Assembly: GCA_963787125.1 (NCBI GenBank)
Contig: CAWBBV010000007.1
Coordinates: 448,001 to 512,000 of the forward strand
Source: an uncultured delta proteobacterium
GTDB lineage: Bacteria > Desulfobacterota > Desulfuromonadia > Geobacterales > DSM-12255
Length of the DNA stretch: 64,000 nt
Direction: 5' to 3'
Position 1 is the stretch's first letter, and each line of letters starts with the position of its first letter. The position numbers were made by a program, and so were the translations under genes. Below are positions 57,242 to 64,000 of the stretch, piece by piece. The notes beneath the pieces were generated by a model. That model was not told the DNA's origin. It worked only from the letters and a program-made list of their open reading frames with translations, and searched no databases.

Positions 57242-58318
57242 TCATTTTATGTATTGGACAATGTTACGCAGATAGAACGTGCAATCGGAAAGGATGTTGA
57301 CGCTGATCGCGCATTCATATGTACAGGAACATTTTGTAGCTTTCATCCAGCGTCTGGTTTCTTTGGCAGATTCATTCCGCCATAATTTCTTGAGATCGTA
57401 GTCAGCATGACGGAGGTTGCCGAAGGGTCTGTCGAGGATCTCGCATGGATACACCGTCCCGTCGGCAGTGATTACTCCGAAAAGTGACCCGGCCTGACAA
57501 GGGCTGAAAGGTCGGGCTTCTCTCAACTGCGCGGCTACCTGCTCTCTAGACAAAACATTTTTGATGTTGAGAATTCTGCCTCGCATCGAATCTCTGCCGT
57601 ACTCCAGCAGAAGCCCACTTGCAGTATCTTGAGTGATCTTTTCGGAGAGGTTTTTATAGATTCTTGTCATTTCGTCCAATTCATTTAAGGGTACTTTGAA
57701 AACACCTGCACTCCTTGCCATGATGATCTGAATCGCATCGACTTGTTGCTTTGAGATCAAATGGTCGTATAGATCGACTGCATCTCGCCAGTTTTGCGGC
57801 GAAATGGTGACGGATACAATAGGATTGATGAATGGGCGGAAAGCTTTTATGGCAGCGAAAGTAGCAATGCTGTTAGCGAACATGCCATTGACGGAGGTGA
57901 GTAGGTCATGTTTATTGCCGATCTGGTTGATTGACAGGGAAAAGAAGATCGACTTCTCTGGATGTCTGTCATGAATGGTTTCGCAGAATTGCACTATGCG
58001 AGAGGTAAAGAATCCGTTTGTGGAGATGAAGAGACTTTGCGCAGATGAATTCGTTAAGTAGAGGTCAGCTATGTCAGTGATGTCGTTTCTTACAAACGGC
58101 TCGCCACCGGTAATGTTGACATTCATGAGGGTTTGCGGAAGATTTTTTGTTATCAGCGCGATCTCTTGAAGTGATAGCTCCTCAGCGCAACTTGATGAAG
58201 CGCTTAAGTCGACAAAACAAAACGGACATCTGGCATTACAACGCTCGGTGACGAAGTGAACGAGTGTTGCGGGGTGATTTCTCGAAACGAGTAAGTTTGA
58301 TATCTGACTCAACCGCAT
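57242..58318 (-). CDS. Radical SAM/SPASM protein; paralog of 25770..26894
   Basis: CNARCPFC, TGGEPF; CQAG...GTVYPCE...CSCTYEC. Confidence 0.92.
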   Translation of the reverse strand: MRLSQISNLLVSRNHPATLVHFVTERCNARCPFCFVDLSASSSCAEELSLQEIALITKNLPQTLMNVNITGGEPFVRNDITDIADLYLTNSSAQSLFISTNGFFTSRIVQFCETIHDRHPEKSIFFSLSINQIGNKHDLLTSVNGMFANSIATFAAIKAFRPFINPIVSVTISPQNWRDAVDLYDHLISKQQVDAIQIIMARSAGVFKVPLNELDEMTRIYKNLSEKITQDTASGLLLEYGRDSMRGRILNIKNVLSREQVAAQLREARPFSPCQAGSLFGVITADGTVYPCEILDRPFGNLRHADYDLKKLWRNESAKETRRWMKATKCSCTYECAISVNILSDCTFYLRNIVQYIK

Positions 58319-58408
58319 CCTTACCGCCGTATTCTTGTTTAAATCTTGTGGGTTTTAGAATAACTGACAAATTAGCAAAAAAGTGACTCTAAGCCGTAAC
58401 ATACGAGC

Positions 58409-59098
58409 CTAAAAAAGAAAAAACAGGTATTTTAACAGTGAATAGCCATATCTGAACCAGACCTTGCGAAGTTTGATCTTGGAGGGGCCGACAAATCTTT
58501 TTTGCTCATGAGACGGCACTTCGGCCATTCTATAGCCGCACTTGAGGGTGCGCATAACCATCTCTTGTTCGATGGTGGTTATGTTTTCCTTCAGGTCGAG
58601 TTTGAGGGCGACTTCTCTTTTGATGGCGCGAAAACCGTTCTGGGAGTCGCTCAGTTTAGTCTTGTAACGCCAGTTGATACATTCGGTTATGAACGAACTT
58701 CCTGCCAGGCGCATGAATTCATCAAAACCGCCGAAAAGCTCACTTGAGCCTCCCAGGATGCGCGAGCCGGTAACATGATCGGCCTCCCCGCTGACAATCG
58801 GCTCAATCAACCGGGGGATATCCCCGGGGTCATGTGAGCCGTCGGCGTCAATAAAGACAACTATATCTCCTGTCGCTGCCGTAAGTGACTGTCTTATGGC
58901 AGCTCCTTTGCCTTTGCCGTTATCGGTCAGTACGGTTACGTTCAGGCTGGCAGCGATGGCGGTTGTCCTGTCGGTAGAGCGTCCGTCAACAACCAGAATT
59001 TCATCAGCATAGGGTTTGCAGCGTTCAATCATATACGCAATTGTTTCTTCTTCGTTGAGCGCTGGAATGACAATGGTTATTTTATGATTTTCAGGCAT
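58409..59098 (-). CDS. GT2 polyprenol-phosphate sugar synthase-like glycosyltransferase
   Basis: IVIPALNEE, VDGRSTD, GKG, IDADGSH, GSR, DSQNGFRA, EVPSHE. Confidence 0.9.
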   Translation of the reverse strand: MPENHKITIVIPALNEEETIAYMIERCKPYADEILVVDGRSTDRTTAIAASLNVTVLTDNGKGKGAAIRQSLTAATGDIVVFIDADGSHDPGDIPRLIEPIVSGEADHVTGSRILGGSSELFGGFDEFMRLAGSSFITECINWRYKTKLSDSQNGFRAIKREVALKLDLKENITTIEQEMVMRTLKCGYRMAEVPSHEQKRFVGPSKIKLRKVWFRYGYSLLKYLFFLF

Positions 59099-59110
59099 TT
59101 TCAGTCCGTT

Positions 59111-61078
59111 TTAGTGCTCATCGTTTACAATCGTGTTGAGATTTTCCAGGAGTTCCGGGTCGCGTGGATGATGGCGCAGAGCCTGGCGCAGGTACTTTTC
59201 AGCAGTGTTGCGATCATTACGAAAAAGTGCCAATTGGGCGATAGTTGTCAGTGTCAGGCGGGAATCGGGTTTATAGCCGAGGACCCGCGTGAAATGCTTT
59301 TCCGCATCAGCATAATTGCCGGATTGCATTTCAAACTGGCCAAGGCTGATGAGAAGTTCGCTATTCTCCCATTGTCTGACTGCTTTTTCAAGTAACTTGA
59401 GCCGTAACTCCGGTAATTGGCCGGTTTTCTCAAGGAAAAAATTGATATTCTCTGCCTGGGCAAAGTTGGCACTAATGTCAACAAGACTGATTAATGCGTT
59501 TTTATCTATTGCCGGAGGTAAATTGTTTTGGTCAACGCGTAACCAGAATGACGCTGCGTAATCCAGGTACACAAGCCGCCAGGAAGGATCTGCCGCCAGT
59601 AGCGGCAAAAGGCCGGCTGCCTCCTTGTCATCCGGCTGGTTGCCAAGCAGAATGCCGCGGAAAGCGAAGCGTTGTTCCAGGGCATGCCAAGTGGCAGGAT
59701 TTTGGGAGGCGTTGACTACCGCTTCATTGACGGCTATTACGCTGTGCGGATCATAATCCTGCAGGCGGGAATCGTAAAAAGGGATACGATCAGGATAACC
59801 GTGATATCCATAAAAGCCCCCCTGTTCCATGCTGTTGAAAATCGGCCCGGAAAAACCGATGCTGCCGAGAAACTCCGGTAGTTTCAGCGGGACATAGTCG
59901 GCGGACAGGCCAAGGCCGAAGCGGTAAGTTGCCCAGGTTTTCAGATAGTGAAAGGCCGGACGTGGTGACCAGATTGTTGCGGCAACAGCCATGGCAACGA
60001 TAATTACTGCGTAACAGATGTGGCGAATCCGGATTCTGGCAAGTATTGACAGGTTTTCGGCTATGAGCGGGGCTGCGATCATGGCAAAAATAGGCATGTT
60101 TTTCATGCCGGTCATGGAGGCTGCCAGCAGGCAAAAACCGATCAGTGTGCGTGCTATCGGCAACTGCTGGCGGCGATACAGGATAACTGCCAGACAGCTT
60201 ACGGCAAAAGCAACGATCAGGAAGAAATAAAACCAGAACGGCAGCAGTGTCCGGCTGATTTCGCCCAGTGCCGCTGCCATCTCGTAGGTTGAATTAGATA
60301 GTTTGGGCACCAGGGGGTTGGATTCGACAAAAAGGCGCCAGGCGTAGCGGAGATTTTCCGGACCATACGGGGAGACTATGCAGGCAGCAGCTGTTATGCC
60401 GGTGAGGATTCCGAGAGGTTTAGCCCCCTTGTACCCCCTGTCTGTCAACCCTTTGAGCAGTGCTTCCGCAAGGTAACAGCCAGCCAGGACCGGACCGATG
60501 ACAAAGATGCCATGGGAGTTGGTCCAGAGAACCTGCAAAATAAAGAAAATGGCCATCTCTGCCAAAGAATGGTATTTGCCCTGCTGCAGGCGATAGTAAT
60601 AGAGTGCGATCATTAACGTTGAGATAATCTCCGGGCGGAGCGAGAAGCGTTCCGAACTGGCAATGACGGTCGCCAGAAGCAGCAACCACGCAGTAACCGG
60701 GGAGGCCCAGGCCCGGGTGGAGCGGAAAACCAAATAAAGTGTCAGGCTCAGGATAGCAAGCTGGAGGAGGTGAAGCCACCAGGCCCCTGCCAGTGGGTAG
60801 CCTGCGGCAGCCGTAGTTTGAAAAAACCAGAGAAATGACTTGACCGGTTGACCAAGATTGAGAAGACTGAGCTGGTCTGTCGCCGGGAGAGACCAGGTCG
60901 CCAGGATCACTTTGCCGACCGCCAGGTGAAACCACATGTCAGAGTCGGAGATACGGCGCACCAGGAAAAAGGCAATGATGGGAATAAACAGTAACGCAGG
61001 ATAAAAATTTATTCCTTTATAGCGGGAATCCTTGCTGTTGCTATCCTGATGGCTGGTTCGAAACAAATTTCTGAGCAT
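59111..61078 (-). CDS. Polytopic membrane protein (GT-C-like) with C-terminal TPR; paralog of 26933..28930
   Basis: SDMWFHLAVGK, RFSLRPE, WTNSHG, FNSMEQGGF, DSR, TPRs. Confidence 0.75.
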   Translation of the reverse strand: MLRNLFRTSHQDSNSKDSRYKGINFYPALLFIPIIAFFLVRRISDSDMWFHLAVGKVILATWSLPATDQLSLLNLGQPVKSFLWFFQTTAAAGYPLAGAWWLHLLQLAILSLTLYLVFRSTRAWASPVTAWLLLLATVIASSERFSLRPEIISTLMIALYYYRLQQGKYHSLAEMAIFFILQVLWTNSHGIFVIGPVLAGCYLAEALLKGLTDRGYKGAKPLGILTGITAAACIVSPYGPENLRYAWRLFVESNPLVPKLSNSTYEMAAALGEISRTLLPFWFYFFLIVAFAVSCLAVILYRRQQLPIARTLIGFCLLAASMTGMKNMPIFAMIAAPLIAENLSILARIRIRHICYAVIIVAMAVAATIWSPRPAFHYLKTWATYRFGLGLSADYVPLKLPEFLGSIGFSGPIFNSMEQGGFYGYHGYPDRIPFYDSRLQDYDPHSVIAVNEAVVNASQNPATWHALEQRFAFRGILLGNQPDDKEAAGLLPLLAADPSWRLVYLDYAASFWLRVDQNNLPPAIDKNALISLVDISANFAQAENINFFLEKTGQLPELRLKLLEKAVRQWENSELLISLGQFEMQSGNYADAEKHFTRVLGYKPDSRLTLTTIAQLALFRNDRNTAEKYLRQALRHHPRDPELLENLNTIVNDEH

Positions 61079-61155
61079 GTTTAGTCAGTTCCGAAAGTGG
61101 GCCCTGATCATAAGGTTAATAGCATGTATTGGAGAAAGGGCCTCAACGCGCGCTA

Positions 61156-61184
61156 AGTCTACCTTTCCTTTGGGTGGGCGTCAA
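61156..61184 (-). promoter_or_regulatory. Putative sigma70 promoter for the leftward operon
   Basis: Minus strand TTGACG-17 nt-TAGACT. Confidence 0.5.
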
Positions 61185-61247
61185 GAGCGGAAACGGGAGA
61201 TAGGCAATGAATCGTCCTTTGATACTGTGGCAATAGCATCTTCATGC

Positions 61248-61276
61248 TTGACATACAGGCATGCTCTTCATAGAGT
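61248..61276 (+). promoter_or_regulatory. Putative sigma70 promoter for the rightward TMTC-like genes
   Basis: TTGACA-17 nt-TAGAGT; the -35 lies within a CATGCTTG...CAGGCATG inverted repeat. Confidence 0.5.
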
Positions 61277-61377
61277 TTCCCCAGGGGATTTTACCGTAAC
61301 AGTCAAAGTGTAACCTGCCACAAATAGGTTCAGTTTATGAAACTCCTGGAAAACCAATCCATTGGAAAGCTCCCGCC

Positions 61378-63027
61378 ATGAACAGTGAAAGAGCCTACCC
61401 TAATCTTCTGCCGCTCCTTGTGCTGTTTGCAGCCACAGTTGCAGTCTATGGCCGGATTCTTTGCCATGACTTCGTCCTCTCCTGGGATGATTACTATTAT
61501 GTCGCCAGTAACGAGGCTATCAAAGCGATTTCCTGGCAAAATATCCGGACAGTTTTCAGCAGTTATTTTGTCGGTAACTATGCGCCGGTGCAGATGCTTT
61601 CCTATATGCTCGACCACTCTTTGTGGGGGCTAAAGGCCGGAGGATTTCTTTTTACAAATATTCTGCTGCATTATCTTAATGGCCTGCTGGTCTATCGGCT
61701 GTTTTACCGCTTCCATGCCAGTATCACCATGGCTGTCTGCGGGGCAGCGATTTTCCTTTTACACCCCATTCAGGTTGAAACAGTCGCCTGGGTTTCACAG
61801 CGCAAGACACTTTTGGCAATGGCTTTCTTTCTGCTTGCCTGGGAGCTTTATTGTCGTTACCGGCAGAAGATAACAGCCGCTAAAACTGAATATACCCTCG
61901 CACTGCTTGCCTTCGCGGTTGCCGGGCTTTGCAAGTCGGTTGTCGTCATTCTTCCGCTAGTTCTGCTGCTGGATGATCTCTGTTCAGCCTTCAGTTCAAA
62001 CCGTCGCCGCTTGCTCGATAAACTCCCCTTTTTTGTTATTGCGGCAGCTATTGCCTGGCTGGCGATACTGAGCCAACAGCCTGATACCATCACCTGGGGA
62101 GGCGCTGCTGGTGGCGGTATGAGCGCTTATCACGGTGGCAGTCACTATGCCACTTTCCTGACAATGGTGACGGTGCTCCTGCGTTATATCTGGCTGATTG
62201 TCTGGCCGCTAAAACTTAGCGCCCTTTATGATCATACTGTCTACACCGTCATTAACAGCCAGGTTGTTGGTGCTGCCTTAATCCTGGCTACTCTGGTCAT
62301 TTTCAGCATGGTGCTGTTCAGGCAAAACCGACGCGCCGGTTTCTGGCCGCTGTTTTTTCTGACGGCACTTTTGCCGGTTTCCCAGATAATCCCTCTTGTC
62401 ACCCTGATGAATGACCGCTACCTCTACTTTCCGCTGATTGCCGTTGCAGGCCTTTTCGGAATAGGTGCGGCTAAAACGTGCGAAAGGTTTGGCCGGAAAG
62501 GCTGGCTGCTGATTATCCCCGTGGTGCTACTTTTCGCGACCCTCGCTTTTCAGCGCGCCGGAGTCTGGCGTGATGATATAACCTTGTGGCAGGATACCGT
62601 GCAGAAAGCCCCTGACCGGGCTGAGGCCTGGCAGAATCTTGCGATATCACTGCAGAGCTCAGCCGAAAATCACAAAAGAGAGGCAATCACAGCGTATGAA
62701 CATTCGTATAAACTGCAGCCAAGAGAGACAACTCTCTATCTACTCGGTACGGTTTATCAGGAGATTAAGGCGTACGATAAGTCCTTGGCTTGCTTTGAGC
62801 GGGTGGTGGCTGGAACTCCTGACAATGTCATGGCTTTGACAGCTATGGGAAATACTTACCGCTTGATGGGTGAGTACGAAAAAGCCGGGCCCCCGCTGCT
62901 GAGGGCATACCAGTTGCAACCCGAAGCTTTGGAGGTTGTCAGGTTTCTGGAGCTTCTTCAAAGTGATAGCAGAGCTTGGGGTAGAGCCGGAAGTCGCCTG
63001 CCACAGCGTAAAAAGGATAATAAATGA
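61378..63027 (+). CDS. TMTC-like membrane glycosyltransferase with TPRs (#7)
   Basis: LSWDD, NYAP, HPIQVETVAWVSQRK, NDRYLYFP, TPRs. Confidence 0.88.
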   Translation: MNSERAYPNLLPLLVLFAATVAVYGRILCHDFVLSWDDYYYVASNEAIKAISWQNIRTVFSSYFVGNYAPVQMLSYMLDHSLWGLKAGGFLFTNILLHYLNGLLVYRLFYRFHASITMAVCGAAIFLLHPIQVETVAWVSQRKTLLAMAFFLLAWELYCRYRQKITAAKTEYTLALLAFAVAGLCKSVVVILPLVLLLDDLCSAFSSNRRRLLDKLPFFVIAAAIAWLAILSQQPDTITWGGAAGGGMSAYHGGSHYATFLTMVTVLLRYIWLIVWPLKLSALYDHTVYTVINSQVVGAALILATLVIFSMVLFRQNRRAGFWPLFFLTALLPVSQIIPLVTLMNDRYLYFPLIAVAGLFGIGAAKTCERFGRKGWLLIIPVVLLFATLAFQRAGVWRDDITLWQDTVQKAPDRAEAWQNLAISLQSSAENHKREAITAYEHSYKLQPRETTLYLLGTVYQEIKAYDKSLACFERVVAGTPDNVMALTAMGNTYRLMGEYEKAGPPLLRAYQLQPEALEVVRFLELLQSDSRAWGRAGSRLPQRKKDNK

Positions 63028-64000
63028 TTGCGGTGCGTTTGCGATCTCATTTGCCAACTTTCGTCTTTCTTGTTACGGCTGTCATAGCTGTCTATGGCAG
63101 GACTCTTGGCCATGATTTCTTGATCAACTGGGACGATAATGTCTATGTCACTGCCAACAGCTCTATCCAGGGTTTTTCTGTCGAAAATATCCGGGCACTG
63201 TTCACAAACTATTATGCGGGGAATTATGCACCGTTGCAGATGTTCTCCTATATGCTTGACTACACGCTCTGGGGACTCTGGCCGGGCGGTTTTCTGCTGA
63301 CAAATGTCATTCTGCATACATTTAACGGGCTTCTTTTATATGGAATTATCTTCAAATCCTATGGTGATAGGCAGTTGGCTGGCGTTGCTGCGGCAATTTT
63401 TCTGCTTCATCCGGTCCAGGTCGAATCTGTCGCCTGGATTTCGCAACGCAAAAATCTACTGGCAATGTTATTCATGCTGCTCGCCTGGATTGCTTATCTT
63501 TGCTACCGGGAGAGTGCCGGCATTGAACGGCGGCTTACCTATGCCATTGCGGTAGCTGCGTTTCTCTGCTCACTCCTTGCCAAATCTGCCGCAGTGTTTT
63601 TCCCGGTTGCCCTGTTTTTGTATGATTACTGTTTTCCGGTGAGAGGGCAAAAAGTCAGGGTGGTCGATAAAATCCCTTTTCTGCTTCTTGCCATAGCAGC
63701 AGCTTTTCTTGCCATATTGAGTCAATCCCCTGACGTTAAAGGTTTCAGCGGTATGGATTTCGGTGGCCGTGCCCCTTGGCATGGTGGCAGCCCCTGGGCA
63801 ACTTTTTTGACCATGTTGCCGGTGTTTTGCAGTTATCTGAAATTGATGATCTGGCCTGCCGGTCTCAGTGCTCTTTACAATCCGGTGGTTTACAGGTCCC
63901 TCGAAATGCCGGTAATCGCGGCTTTTATCCTGTTGTCGGTTCTCGGGTTCTTCAGCTGTCGGCTTTGTCGCCATAATCTTCGTAACGGTTACTGGTCACT
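63024..64000 (+). CDS. TMTC-like membrane glycosyltransferase (#8), tandem paralog of #7; 3'-truncated by the window edge
   Basis: ATGA overlap with the #7 stop; MIAVRLRSH...INWDDNVYV...NYAPLQMFSY...HPVQVESVAWISQRKN; absent from the ORF track because there is no stop in the window. Confidence 0.88.
   Translation, partial: MIAVRLRSHLPTFVFLVTAVIAVYGRTLGHDFLINWDDNVYVTANSSIQGFSVENIRALFTNYYAGNYAPLQMFSYMLDYTLWGLWPGGFLLTNVILHTFNGLLLYGIIFKSYGDRQLAGVAAAIFLLHPVQVESVAWISQRKNLLAMLFMLLAWIAYLCYRESAGIERRLTYAIAVAAFLCSLLAKSAAVFFPVALFLYDYCFPVRGQKVRVVDKIPFLLLAIAAAFLAILSQSPDVKGFSGMDFGGRAPWHGGSPWATFLTMLPVFCSYLKLMIWPAGLSALYNPVVYRSLEMPVIAAFILLSVLGFFSCRLCRHNLRNGYWS

Larger units (their letters stand above)
54911..57245 (-). 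pseudogene. GT2 glycosyltransferase split by an IS4-family insertion
   Basis: N-half (IIIPS, RNFG, FIDSDA, GEDTDFCAKL) and C-half (LKNNYKIRFTPAAIVYH...) rejoin in frame (~331 aa) when the IS and one TSD copy are removed. Confidence 0.92.

Noticed and set aside
3864..64000. Conventional O-antigen/capsule/EPS locus
   Set aside because: No recognisable flippase, polymerase, chain-length regulator, ABC exporter, initiating phosphoglycosyltransferase or GT4 enzymes within the window

Overview
Window from a Geobacter-type deltaproteobacterium (inferred from the CxxxxCH/CxxCH giant cytochrome). It opens with the 3' part of a very large Ser/Thr/Gly-rich multiheme c-type cytochrome. Next is an unannotated 19-aa peptide ORF (MKKSYVTPKITGSAVVHPC) with a strong RBS and a RiPP-leader-like YxxP motif, closed by an intrinsic terminator. 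The remaining ~60 kb is a large glycosylation/tailoring island in five alternating-orientation blocks. It encodes 8 TMTC-like (DD-motif membrane domain + TPR) putative protein O-glycosyltransferases, 7 further GT-C-like membrane proteins (one frameshifted), 6 GT2 genes (four resembling polyprenol-P-sugar synthases, one IS-disrupted) and 7 intact radical SAM enzymes (4 SPASM/twitch-type, 3 B12-binding). It also carries an sxtI/J/K/L-like carbamoyl module, an AsnB amidotransferase, a methyltransferase, a STELLO-family protein, an NDP-sugar epimerase, an FAD oxidoreductase, a nitroreductase, a vapBC pair, two IS elements with target-site duplications, and several scars of deleted paralogous cassettes. 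All functional calls come from motif reading; no database search was run.
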